64,000 nt of DNA. Origin: Chiloscyllium plagiosum (taxonomy: Eukaryota). The position numbers and the translations under genes were made by a program. The number at the start of each line of letters is the position of its first letter. Position 1 is the first letter of the stretch. Where the stretch lies: contig NC_057719.1 in NCBI RefSeq assembly GCF_004010195.1, positions 76,428,849 to 76,492,848 on the forward strand. Reading direction: 5' to 3'. Under the pieces are notes generated by a model. That model was not told where the DNA came from, did not search any database, and saw only the letters and a list, made by a program, of their open reading frames with translations. This document shows, in pieces, positions 12,905 to 25,509 of this stretch.

Positions 12905-13365
12905 GAGCATAGTTCCATAAACTGAGGAATAGGAGGAGGTCACTTGACCATTCAATGAGATCTTGGCTGATCTGATAATGCTCAACTCCACTTTCCAGCT
13001 TTATCCCCATAACACTTGATTCCTTCCCTGATTATAAATCTGTCTGCCTCAATCTTGCATATACTTAACGATCCAAACTCGATAGCCCTATGTGTAAAAG
13101 ATTTCTCAGATTCACTACACATTGAAGAGAGAAAAATGATCTCTGTCTTAAATGGATTTCCCCCTACTGAGCTTATGCCCTCCAGTCCTTGACCTTTCCA
13201 CAGTGGGAAGCAATCTCTCAGCATCAACCCTGTAAAGCTTCTGAAGAATCTTATATGTTTCAATAAGGTCTCCTCTCATTATCCTGAACTCCAATGAATA
13301 CTGGCCCAATCTACACAACCTCCCCTCACAAGAAAATCCCTCCATATCTAGTATCAACCAAGTGA
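12905..13365 (-). mobile_element. CR1 LINE 3' fragment (second subfamily)
   Basis: YSLEFRIMRGDLIETYKIL...SRTGGH. Confidence 0.85.
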
Positions 13366-14271
13366 CTACCTTTTATTTTGTACGTAATAAATTTTGATGT
13401 TCTTTGATTAACAATACATTGACAACCTCTTGTGAGTATGTTCAATGACTGACCACCACAGTAAACAAATTGCAAAATTGAAACTATGATCTATCAAACC
13501 AAGTTTCACTTTGGGATCAAACTTGACTCATTACCAACCACAGATCATAACAATGAAATGACCACCCTGCAGTGAAAGCATTCAGGCTGGATAGTTGATA
13601 TTTACAAACATGTTAGGCAGAGCTAATTACCATTCAGCATATATATTATGATCATCTCTAACTTTTCATTTTCATTTAACATATTGGAAAAAGATTTTCC
13701 AGATACCTTGCAGCATGACCTTTTCTTAATGAATGTGTTTGTATATTCATATTTATCAGAGCGACCTCGTGATTATACTGCAGATGCTGGAAATCTGAAA
13801 AAAAAATAATGTGCTGGAGAACCTTGGAAAGCCTGGAAGCCCCTGAGCAGAGGGAAACAGAGTTAGTGGTTCAAGTCTGGTATAACTGTTCTCTAGAAAT
13901 AGTACCAGTGACATTGGATGGATAAATCATCTGACATAGTGAGCTGAGTTTTACCAGAAATTGGTGAAGTGCTAATTTTGGTGAATTTCATGGAGGACTT
14001 CTCTCCTTCATTGGAGCTCCTGCACATCTGAATTGTTTCTTGTGTAATAGTCAGAGCTTGAACAAGAAATTGAGACCCAACAATTTAAATCCCTCCAAGC
14101 CTTGGTGTATTATTTAATCTGTTCACCTATCGCACTCTGCCATTACCAATATCCATCAGTTTTACCTCCAGTTAAAATCAAGCCCTTGTGGCGTAGACTC
14201 CTAAACTCGTGAAAACCCAATTCTTCTTGAGCTATGTCTCATGTACCTGAGAAGCCTCTTTTATAAGCATG

Positions 14272-14424
14272 ATTTGGAGATGCCAGTGTTGGACTGGGGT
14301 GCACAAAGTTAAAAATCACACAACACCAGGTTACAGTCCAACAGGTTTAATTGGAAGCACTAGCTTTCAGAGTGCTGCTCCTTCATCAGGTGGTTGATAA
14401 TCTGGTGTTGTGTGATTTTTAAGC
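14272..14424 (-). mobile_element. Penelope-like fragment with hammerhead core, short inverted tail and 12-bp flanking duplication
   Basis: Reverse cctgatgaaggagcagcactctgaaagc; tttataagcatg at 14260 and 14425. Confidence 0.7.
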
Positions 14425-14767
14425 TTTATAAGCATGGACACCAAAACGTGAACAATTTGTTGAGTCGAGTGGTAACTTCTCCAGAGACCCAGCAGATTTA
14501 CAATGTATCTCATGTGTGATTTATTTAGTACACAACATGACAGAAAGCTTTCTTTATCTTTGCTAAATTATGTACATCTACTAGTATGGCAGTGCTTTGT
14601 CATCAATGGGAAGCAGAATATGGAATAAACACAGTCTTCAATGTTTTAAGTTACAGATGCCAATAAATTCCAGAATCAACCAGAGACAAGTAACAATCCC
14701 CCCATCACCACCCACTGTCTGTGTCCAATTTGCATGGATAACCTATCAATCAAAGTGTTGTCAAGGA

Positions 14768-15185
14768 ACAGCACGGTGGCTCAGTGGTTAGCACTGCTGC
14801 CTCACAGCACCAGGGACCCAGGTTCAGTTCCAACCTTGGGTGACTGTCTGTGTGGAGTTTGGTCATTCTCCTAGTGTCTGCGTGTGTTTCCTCCGGGTGC
14901 TCCGGTTTCCTCTCCCAATCCAAAGATGGGCAGGACAGGTGAATTGGCCATTCTAAATTGCCCATAGTATTAGTTACATTAGTCAGGGGTATTCTCCTAG
15001 TGTCTGCGTGGGTTTCCTCCGGGTGCTCCGGTTTCCTCTCCCAATCCAAAGATGTGCAGGTTAGGTGAATTGGCCGTGCTAAATTGCCCATAGTGCTAGG
15101 TGCATTAGTCAGAGGGAAAATGGGTCAGGGTGGGTTACGCTTCGGAGGGCCGATGGACCTGTTTCTGCACTGCAGGGAATTTAAT
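14768..15185 (+). mobile_element. HE1-type (V-SINE) tRNA-derived SINE with an internal duplication of about 126 bp
   Basis: A box tggctcagtgg, B box ggttcagttcc, central tgtgtggagttt...tttcctccgggtgctccggtttcc present twice. Confidence 0.88.
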
Positions 15186-15454
15186 TTTTAATTTAAAACA
15201 GTTTTCATGAGAATCCAACAGACTGTAAGAAGCCAATAGGTGGCGCAATAGGAATGCAATTGTACCAGGCAGTAAAACTGCAGTCTGTCACTTTCTGCAG
15301 ATGGAGATGGGGTTTCACGTACTTCAAAGATATTTGACCAACATAAGGATTGCACATCTTGTGTTCTGCATGTGGTAGGAATACATTATTGTCTGCAGGG
15401 TTTTATTTCGTTTCAATATGTAGAGCAGAAACTACTCAGTATGGCATGACGGAT

Positions 15455-15540
15455 AAAAACAATGACTGCAGATGCTGGAAACCAGATTCTGGATCAGTGG
15501 TGCTGGAAGAGCACAGCAATTCAGGCAGCATCCGAGGACA
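15455..15540 (-). mobile_element. Penelope-like terminal fragment with 12-bp flanking duplication
   Basis: Matches 4981-5070; ggcatgacggat at 15443 and 15541. Confidence 0.7.
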
Positions 15541-15959
15541 GGCATGACGGATGTCAGCTCCAGGGAAGTTCCAATTCATGGCATGTTATCGGTGCATTCT
15601 CAAGAATGGCTGAAGGCAGAATCTAGCAGTTCATGAAGCTAACCTCTTTCCCCACATGGTTTTAAGAAATGTTTACTTGTGAAAGGAAGTGGTAATGAAA
15701 CTTCTTATAAGTTTTGATTTTTGCTGACTTTTTGTCAATACTTGTTTGAAATGGTTATTTATTTTACTATCTTCATAATATTTACATGAAACATTCATTC
15801 TGTTGAGTTTGGGTTAGGGGAAAGGTGAGGAGCCAGTGATGTGTACACGATGGATTGTATCAAGCTATTCTGCAAATGTAAAAATTGAAGGAAGCCATTG
15901 AAACTAGGGCATCTCCCTGGTACGAAAAGGTTACCTAACTTCACAGAATTTCTCACAGA

Positions 15960-17030
15960 AACTAGTTCAATATTCCATGTCTTTTCCAAAGACCTTAAAT
16001 GATCTATCACCTCACACGCTGCAGCCCACCTTTAACATATAAATCACCTTACTGAAGTTTCTACAGCTGCCATCGTTCCAAAATGGTTCTCAAAGTCACA
16101 AATCACATTTACAATTTGATAAATTATTCCTCCTGGTTCTTTTTGACTTAACTGTAGCCTTTGAAACCATTGATTTCACCAACTTCCAACTTTTCTCAAA
16201 ATACCTTCAAGCTTAAAGGAATTAAATTTGACCAGTGCCATTCTTAATTGTGATAAATTATTCCTCCTGGTTCTTTTTGACTTAACTGTAGCCTTTGAAA
16301 CCATTGATTTCACCAACTTCCAACTTTTCTCAAAATACCTTCAAGCTTAAAGGAATTAAATTTGACCAGTGCCATTCTTAATTGTATAATCAGCAAAAGA
16401 AAAATCACCTGTCATGGCATCTCCTCCAAACCTCCACCATTAAATCTGGACCCCAGGAGATCGATCATTGCCCATTTTACTTTCTCATTTGTGTGTCCCC
16501 GGCAATGTTGTCTGAAAACCATCACCTCCCTTTCCGATCTATCATATCGCATATCTGCTTAGTAAGTGTCAGATCAAGCAGAACAATTTTCTGAAATCAA
16601 GTATCGTAAAGCTCAATGGTATTGGTCCCAAACATAAACTCTAACCTAGTTCCATTTCACTCCATGGCAACGGTCTGAGGCTGAACAAGATTGTTCGCAT
16701 CTTGGTGTCATAATTTATCTCAGGATCAGCTCCTGTCTACATCCTCATCATTATTTCCAACGCTGTTAACATAACTCAATTCTTTTCAAGTCTCTGCTCA
16801 TCTGGTGCTCAAGCCTTCTTTTGTTATCTCTAGACTTGATATTCCAACACACTCATGATTGGACTTCCTTGGAAACATGAGGCCATCTAACACCTCTGAT
16901 GCCTATGCGCTGACTCACAAAGTTGTCTTCAACCATTACCAATGCATTCACTGACCTATATTAGTTCCCATTTAAAAAAAAAATTAGTTTCAAATCTGTC
17001 CCTGGCTTTCTACCACCACTATCACTGTTG
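15960..17030 (+). mobile_element. Ancient L2-type LINE RT remnant
   Basis: LLVLFDLTVAFETIDF (LLDLSAAFDTIDH-like), G-PQ-S-I-PF, and SRLDYSN-like tctagacttgatattccaac. Confidence 0.65.
16117..16384. repeat. Perfect 134-bp tandem duplication
   Basis: 16117-16250 equals 16251-16384. Confidence 0.95.
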
Positions 17031-17249
17031 TGGAAAGAGTGCTACAAGTTGTCTTGTACCTTCAGTCTTGTTGTGGAGCAGACGAAAACCCACTGGAGAA
17101 ATATTGAAGGCCTCAAAGACACAGCTTTAAATGTCTACTAATGTAGGATGAACTGTAGGTGTTTGATATGAAATTCAGAAAGAGAACAAAACATATTCAC
17201 AGAAAATCCAGCAGAAAGATCAAAGCCAAGATATAGGATTTATATCCAG

Positions 17250-17660
17250 AAACAAAAACTGGAGAAACTCAGCAGGTCTGGCAGCATCTGTGGATGGAAA
17301 TCAGAGTAAGTGTTTTGGTTCCAGTGACCCTTCTTCAGATCTGATAGTGGTGGAGGTAAAGATAGGCTTGCAGGAGTCGGGGGAGAAATAAGCCATTGTT
17401 GGAAGTAGAACCCAAAAGAGCCAAGTGATCCAAAAAAATCCTATCTCCACCTATCATTTACTCTTTTCCCCTCCCTAACCCCTATCTTCTGCATATATAC
17501 ACTAACCTTTTCCTAGCTACTATCAGTTCCAAAGAAGGGTGACTGGAACCAAATGTGAACTCTGATTTCTTTCCACAGTTGCAAGCAGACCTGCTGAGTA
17601 TTTACAGCGATTTATGTTTTTGTTTCCGATTTCCAGCATCCACAGCTCTTTAGTTTTTTT
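17250..17660. mobile_element. Penelope-like inverted pair, degenerate
   Basis: ctcagcaggtctggcagcatctgtgga...gacccttcttcag and its reverse complement at about 17520-17645. Confidence 0.6.
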
Positions 17661-17699
17661 TTTAAAAATATAATAATTTATATATTGTTGAGGACACCA

Positions 17700-18920
17700 T
17701 GTAAAAGAAAAGGAAACATGTCCAGCACTGGGAAAGCAGTGTCCTCACTGGAAGAAACTGAATAATTTTGCTGGAAAGAAGATAAACTGGCTGCTGGAGA
17801 GATGACGACTCCAGTGTATCAGTCTACACCATTCAGCAGGTTGGCACTGCCTGGAAAATATTTCAAAGTGGTAAATAATTTGTAGCTTTTAAGATTGTGA
17901 CTGCAAAAGGAGTACATTAAATTAATGTGCAGTATCAGATAGAGATTGCCAATGTAAATAACAACGTGAGCTTCCAGATCTGTGCAAAGTGGCTTAAGAT
18001 GGTGACCTGAAAATGAAGCCCTTGAAGATAAAGTTGAGGTTGGACACTGGAATAGTACTTGTTGCAAGATAAGAAATGAAGCTGATATCTGCATGCAATA
18101 AGAAGAACCAAAAGATCTACAATTCTAGATAGTAGACTTGAGGTAAAGTATTCTTGTCTCATCGGAGACAAATCTAAAGTGTGGACTGGTAGAGCTACAT
18201 GTACCAGAAGAGATTTGCAGGATATTGACTACTGAACAAATCCTAAAACAATCGCAAAGATGTTCTCGCAGGTTTTGGATGCCTTCCATTGGGTACCATC
18301 TTGAAGTAGTCGAAAACGCAGGACCAATTCAGTGTCTGACAAGTTAAGTTCCACCTCCTCTCAAATCCAGTTTCAAGTCCGGGATCTGGAAAAGAAGGCA
18401 AGGCTTGGAATCAATACCAAAGAAAGCTAAAGAGCCATTCACAAAATGACAACGATTACCAATAAGGTTGAAGGATACAGACATCAGTCATTGTGACATT
18501 TCAGGTATTGTGATGAGCCACAGTGGCCCTCAATTCGCAAATTAAGAATTCATGCACTTCATAATTACTGGGAATTTCAACTTCAATGTTCTCTCCACAT
18601 TATCCCTCGTTACGTAGAAAGATTGATCAAACAGTTAAAATCATCAATTGGATCATTAAAAAATCCAACACAGGATTTGTACAAAGCAAACCCACTGAAG
18701 GTATGGTAAGTCATCCAGTCTAGTCACTAATGTAATGTCACACTCAAACTACATTTCAAATAACTGAAAAGTACTGAATTTAGAGTATTAAATGGCATGA
18801 GTGATAATGTCAAAGTGAAATGACAAAAAGCCAAATTTCATTTTCATAAAACTGCCAAATCATTGCCAAAGCTTAGCATTGGAGTGCTGATCAGTGTAAT
18901 CATACATTGCTCTCAATAGA
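17700..18920 (+). mobile_element. Highly decayed Gypsy LTR-retrotransposon pol
   Basis: Protease-like LDTG (about 18040); EQILKQ..DV..GFGCLP; integrase-like IVMSHSGPQFAN.EF..F...WEFQ...SPHYP (about 18505-18610). Confidence 0.7.
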
Positions 18921-18934
18921 AGTCAGTTATCTGA

Positions 18935-19330
18935 AAAGCCTTCCATTCGGTGTTTGGTTGCCCTTCAGCACCACACTCCTGATCTTTGGGCACCTGATAT
19001 GGAGAGGGATGGGCAGATGGGAGGATCACCTCATAAAAGTTTCCTCCTGCACCTGCCAGGCTGGCTATAAACAGGGTCCAGACAATGGGCTGTGGGGAAG
19101 TCATCTCTGCTGCCTGCCTGCCCCTCTTCTGCGGTAACGTTCGAGTCCAGGTGTCCTTGGAGAGGGAGCATGCTGTTACCACCAATGCTCTCACTGTCTT
19201 TAAGGGGAGGTGGAAATTGTGAGGAACGGCATGCTTTATTGCCCCCTCCAAGTCCATTTTGATTTTTCCCCTCCTCCCCCAAACCCTGCCCCCCTTTCAC
19301 CTTTTGTATGACTGCATTGCCCTTAACAGG
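18935..19330 (+). mobile_element. Old diverged Tx1-like LINE ORF2 C-terminus
   Basis: ctgcctgcccctcttctgcggtaacgttcgagtccaggtgtccttggagagggagcatgc, homologous to 47536-47600. Confidence 0.8.
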
Positions 19331-21249
19331 ATTTGCTGATAAATGTTTCATTAGCCACATGAGGGTTTTCTTGGTGATTGAAAAACCTGTAGTAAAAGCT
19401 TCGCACAATGGTGTATTTTTAGTGTGTTACTATATAAAACTTATGTATCATACACACACACATACAAAATCACAGCTGATATGGGACAAACATAAGCATT
19501 ATTTCTGAGCCCTCTTGGGTGCAGTGGTAATGTGGGGCATAAAACAAGATAGAAGTCAGTCCATTTGGCAACTTAGGACATGTGGAGAGATGTTGTAACC
19601 TCAACCATATGTGGTAAATATGCAATTGGAAAAAGATGCACTTCTGCAGCACAAAGTTGATGAGGAAGATGTGATATCGGAGTACAAAGTAACCATCAGT
19701 GCCAAAGTCAACCATTCCACAAGAAAGGCAATGGATTAGCATCAGCAGTTACCATAGCAGCAACAATGGATATAGAAATGGTATTCAGAGAGAGAAAAAA
19801 AATCCATCAACCTAGGAACTGCCAACAATAGGCACACAATTACTGTCCATTTCAATGCTGCACTGACAACTATCATTGTAATGCTGCTGCAAGGACAATG
19901 TGCACTCATGTACATGCATCCAGCTTATGGACTAGACCAGGCTGGATATCCTGGCTCTCCACATACCATCTTGGCATTCACTCAGTCTGAGCCTACTTGG
20001 ATGCTCACAGCATCCCTGTCTTGCCTTCTTGTACTTTGTCCGTTCAGCCAGAAATACCATGCTCAGATTATTTCTGCCTTGCCTTTTAGGGGAGACACAC
20101 AGAAAGGAAACTTGTCATATCTGTCAACAATTTCAGTCAAGTCAAGTAAGTCAAGGGAAGTCCGAATACTAGTCAGAGGATTGGAAATGGTCAGCTCTCA
20201 GCATGGTTAGAGTCAGGATCCTCCCCACATAAGGGATGAGGAGCTGAGTATTGGGCTACCCACCAGCTGTCCTGTCTCTCTGAACTATTGTAGGCTGTTC
20301 AGCTGCCAGAATGAGAGAGGGACAGGTATGTCAGGAGATGGAAGTGGATGGCACAGCTGTTACTTTTGCTGCAAGTGGGAAGGTGTCTGGAACAAGTGAG
20401 CAGGCCAGAGAGTTAAGGGTTAGTGGTGTTAGGAGTTGGAGTAGGTGGCAGTAAGTGAGGGAAGATGCTTCATTGAGAATGGAAGAACATGAGCGTTGGT
20501 GGGAGTTGGGTACCATGGCTGGGATAGAGTGAGCATGAGGTATTGCGAGAGAAGATGATGGCACTTAGGATGGCGGAAGTCATTGACAAAACAGTAACAG
20601 TAACAAATTAACAGTACAAGACAGTACTGGCACCTGCCCTGACCCAGGTGGGAATGTAACAGTGCTTGTTTGGGTGCACAACAGCCTTCTAAAAAGGGGG
20701 AACGTGTGTCAGGGATGCTGAGAAATTCCATGAAACGTAGTGAACGCCGAGTCGTTCCCGGAGCAGCGTGTGATAAGCTGAACCCAGAATCAGATAGGAG
20801 AGATACCATGGGGTGCGGTAAGTAATCAATATGGTGAGTTTGGGAAAGTATAGCAAGAGAATTTGTCGACCTCACGGCATATAGGCCTCCAAAATACCTG
20901 ATAATACACTGACTCGGCCAAAAATACCTAAGATTCAGCAATGCATATGCAGAGGCAGCCAAAAGGTTGGACAGACTGGAATTAGCAAATACTTTATGTC
21001 CACCCTTGATGATTTTCTTCATAGCTCTTTATATACTCGATAACTGGTAGGTGCAAATGATAGTGCGTGTGCCAATTTGTTTACTTTTGCATGGAATGTT
21101 GGGAATAATGCCTTTGCCCATTGTACACTATTAGCTATTGTCATATGATGTCAGTTGTAGTTGCTTTCAGTTTGGATGAGAAGCAATGAACATGGTACAA
21201 TCCTCAGAATCAAGGGAGATATCGGTGGTCCTTTGATTCTATCATTTTG

Positions 21250-21510
21250 ATTAGATTCCCTATAGTGCGGAAACAAGCCCTTCAGCTCAACAAATCCACA
21301 CTGACCCTCCGAAGAGCAACCTACCCAGACCCATTCCCTTCTGAATGATGCATTTAACACTATGGGCAATTTAGCACCCGGAGGAAAACCACATGGACAT
21401 GGTGAGAATGTGCAAACTCCACACAGACAGTTGCCCGAGGTGGGAATTGAACCCGGGTCCCTGGCGCTATGAGGCAGCAGTGCTAACCACTGAGCCACCG
21501 TGCCACCCTT
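21250..21510 (-). mobile_element. HE1-type SINE (internally deleted)
   Basis: Reverse ggcacggtggctcagtggttagcactgctgcctc...ggttcaattcc; ctaatct tail. Confidence 0.88.
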
Positions 21511-21665
21511 GAGCATTCCTAAGTTTAATCACTGCACTATTGGCTGCTGTGCCTTTAGCGGACTACTCTCAAGTACTGGAATCCCTTCCCTAAATCAGTC
21601 TCTCTCTCTAACGCTCTTTTCCACTTAAGACATTCCTTAACATCTACCTCTTTTAGCTAATGTGT

Positions 21666-21784
21666 TGAAATAACTGTACAGAGGCCAGTATCCCATCACC
21701 AAGCCACCCTTTATTTACTAGAGCACAGTACACAGACTGTAGCCAGTTAGCTCAGAGTCAGTCCTCAGCTGAGAAGATTCACAG
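21666..21784 (-). mobile_element. LTR-like element, 3' half
   Basis: Reverse complement aligns to 48328-48447 (aataaagggtg.cttggtg.tgggatactggcctctgt) and ends ...tttca. Confidence 0.7.
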
Positions 21785-22786
21785 TAATTTACAAGGGAGA
21801 GGAGTGGCAAAGCCAGGCCCCAAACTCCACTGTTCAAACAGTTTTCAGGGAAATGAGGACAAACCTCAAATCCCACTTTAAGTCATCACAAAACAGTAAC
21901 AGTAACAAATTAACAGTATAAGACAGTCCAATTACATAACAAACAGCACAGAGTACAGACTATTCTTCCCCCCCCCCCAAACACTGTAAGCCACCCATCC
22001 CTCCCACTTTGTGGCCACTTGAAGGCAGTCTGCTCTTTTGTCCCTGCTGGTTTTCGGTCCACACCACGTCCCTTCCGGCTCCTCCCAGACCCAGGGAGGC
22101 TCAAGACAGTACAGATGATAAACCCAACAAATAAGACAAAGTCAATTATCAGAGTCCCTTCTGGTACCAGGTCTGTTACCATAATCAGTTCTCTTCAAAA
22201 TGTAGAGTCCATTCCAATGAACAGAGTCCACTCCAGTATACAAAGTGCATTGTAAAAAATAGGGTCCACTCTAGTCTACAGCATCCATTGCTAAAAGCAT
22301 AGTCCACTCCTAAAGGCAGCAACCACACACATGTTTTCAGTCTCCATAGAGACCTGGCTCATCCATAGAGAACCAGGCCCACTCACAGAAACACATACAT
22401 TGAAAAGGTGCAGTTAACTCAGGATTTGGTCCACTCCCAAACTTCAGGCTGCATCAATTGCTCACCTCCCAGCACACACATAAGTGTTCAGTCTTTACAG
22501 AGGCCTAGTCCTAGGGCGAGGCCTATCCACAGGAGCAGCTCATCTGGAAAGATGTATTTTCTCACAGGAGCTCAGTCCAAACACCAAAAGAAAACCAGAG
22601 TCCAAGGCCTAAGCCCTGCCACAAAATTAACATAGTCCTTTTCTCAAAGTAAAAGGGAAAAGAGTAACACAGGCTGTAACCAGCCAATGAAACAACAATC
22701 CCCTAATGAGAACTGAATTACACCTGGAACATATTGACTGTGTGGATCAGGCAATTTAGAAATCAGTCCTCAATAAAGAAGGAATA
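21785..22786 (-). mobile_element. Unclassified inserted element, possibly a LINE 3'UTR; continues at about 26191-26290
   Basis: Lies between the two LTR halves, has internal agtccactc repeats, and shares about 48 bp with 20577-20626. Confidence 0.4.
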
Positions 22787-23924
22787 TGCATCATCTCTCC
22801 CTCCAACTCTATTTTGATTTAGTCCCTACCCTCCCCTTCACTGTTTTGATCACACAGCACTGCCCTTTGATGTGAAGGGCAGTGCTTGTCACTGGCCACC
22901 CGGGTGTTTTCCTATCTTCCTGGTGGTGGAAATTGAATAAAGATTTAAAAAAAAAAACCGCAAGCACGCACTTTGTGTCTTCCACAAAAAAAAGGAAAAA
23001 ATAAATAAAGAAGGAATATGCATCATCTCTCCCTCCAACTCTATTTTGATTTAGTCCCTACCCTCCCCTTCACTGTTTTGATCACACAGCACTGCCCTCT
23101 GATGTGAAGGGCAGTGTTTGTCACCGGCCACCCGGGTGTTTTCCTATCTTCCTGGTGGTGGAAAAAAAAATTTAAGCGAAACTTAATGGTACCTTTGAAC
23201 AAGCTAAATAGGAGACCCTACAAGTGACTTTCCGAGATGCTTTGCTAAGAGGATATCTAAGGATAAGACACAAGTTCATTAAAATACGACATGTGATTAA
23301 TTCTAGCCTCATTAATGAAAGGGTGTTGTCCCATTCGTTAGCATCACCAGTTCGAACAAGGGGTGTAAATCTCAACCCATAAACCAGTCAGCCTAACTCA
23401 TTAAACAGCTATGAAACAACAGCTAAGGTTATTTTGTAGTAATCAGTTATTTCTTTGACGTTATTCACAATATTAAGAAATAGGTTTTCGTTAAAGATTC
23501 TTCAGATAATCATAGAAATAGATTTCAACATAATTATAGATACATATATAACTAAAGTATAATAGAAGCATTAGGGAATAAACACTGTTTTGATCACACA
23601 GCACTGCCCTTTGATGTGAAGGGCAGTGTTTGTCACTGGCCACCCGGGTGTTTTCCTATCTTCCTGGTGGTGGAATTTGAATAAAGATTCGTGCACTTTG
23701 TGCCTTTCACTGTGTCTCACACCTGCACACACACACCATGGGTGCGGGGAAAAAAAATATAAGCACTACCGCACTTAGATGGTAGTGTGGGGGTTAAAGA
23801 AAAAAAAATATATCCAGGAAAGTTGCACTTTGTGTCTTTCACTGTGTAAGAAAAAAAAACAAACTAGCTAGGGCCTGGGTGTCCTTGGAGAAGGAGCACG
23901 TGGTGTCCACCAAATAAACAGCAG

Positions 23925-24092
23925 TCAGGTGAATTGGCCATGCTAAAAATTGCCCGTAGTGTTAGGTAAGGGGTAAATGTAGGGGTATGGGTGGGTTGCG
24001 CTTCGGCGGGGAGGTGTGGACTTGTTGGGCCGAAGGGCCTGTTTCCACACTGTAAGTAATCTAATCGAGTAATCTAATCTAATCTAATCTAA
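23925..24092 (+). mobile_element. 5'-truncated HE1-type SINE inserted into a Tx1 unit
   Basis: caggtgaattggccatgctaaa...cctgtttccacactgtaagtaatctaatct; the Tx1 sequence resumes at accctggaattg. Confidence 0.85.
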
Positions 24093-25363
24093 ACCCTGGA
24101 ATTGTTCAGGGAGAGGTGGGCGCCGCAGGGAGTGGAGTGCATAACTTCTCCCTCCAATTCTATTTTGATTTAGTCCCTACCCTCCCATTCACTGTTTTGA
24201 TCACACAGCACTGCCCTTTTTATGTGAAGGGTAGTGTTTGTCACTGGCCACCCGGGTGTTTTCCTATCTTCCTGGTAGTGGAAATTGAATAAAGATTCGT
24301 GCACTTTGTATCTTTCACTGTGTCTCACACCTGCACACACACACCATGGGTGCTGGGGATAAAATAAACACTACCGCACTTAGGTGGTAGTGTGGGGGTT
24401 AAAATAATAGAAAAAAAAAAAAAAGATAACAGGAGTGTTATGGGTGCTGGGGAAAAAAATAAGCACTACCGCACTTAGGTGGTAGTGTGGGGGTTAAAAG
24501 AAAAAAAAATAAACAGCAGTATTCCCTACCCTCCCCTTCAAAAAAAAAGAATAAAAAAAAACTAAACAAAAAACAAACTAGCTAGGGCCTGGGTGTCCTT
24601 GGAGAAGGAGCACGCGGTGTCCACCAACACCCTGGAATTGTTCAGGGAGAGGTGTGCGCCGCAGGGAGTGGAGTGCATCATTTCTCCCTCCAACTCTATT
24701 TTGATTTAGTCCCTACCCTCCCCTTCACTGTTTTGATCACACAGCACTGCCCTTTGATGTGAAAGGCAGTGTTTTGTCACTGGCCACCCGGGTGTTTTCC
24801 TATCTTCCTGGTGGTGGAAATTGAATAAAGATTGGTGCACTTTGTGTCTTTCACTGTGTCTCACACCTGCACACACACACCATGGGTGCTGGGGATAAAA
24901 TAAGCACTACCGCACTTAGGTGGTAGTGTGGGAAAAAGGAAAAAAAAACAAAAAAAAAACAAACTAGCTAGGGCCTGGGTGTCCTCGGAGAAGGAGCACG
25001 CGGTGTCCACCAACACCCTGGAATTGTTCAGGGAGAGGTGGGCACCGCAGAGAGTGGAGTGCATCATTTCTCCCTCTAACTCTATTTTGATTTAGTCCCT
25101 ACCCTCCCCCTTCACTGTTTTGATCACACAGCACTGTCCTTTGATGTGAAGGGCAGTGTTTGTCACTGGCCACCCGGGTGTTTTCCTATCTTCAAAAAAA
25201 AGTAAACAGGAGATTCCGCAGGGAGTGGAGTGCATCATTTCTCCCTCCAACTCTATTTTGATTAAGTCCCTACCCTCCCCTTCACTGTTTTGATCACACA
25301 GCACTGCCCTTTGATGTGAAGGACAGTGTTTATCACTGGCCACCCGGGTGTTTTAAAAAAAAA

Positions 25364-25509
25364 NNNNNNNNNNNNNNNNNNNNNNNNNNNNNNNNNNNNN
25401 NNNNNNNNNNNNNNNNNNNNNNNNNNNNNNNNNNNNNNNNNNNNNNNNNNNNNNNNNNNNNNNNNNNNNNNNNNNNNNNNNNNNNNNNNNNNNNNNNNNN
25501 NNNNNNNNN
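25364..25509. other. Assembly gap (N run)
   Basis: Run of n. Confidence 1.

Noticed and set aside
14768..14840. tRNA gene
   Set aside because: The A/B boxes belong to SINE heads, here and in the other HE1 copies
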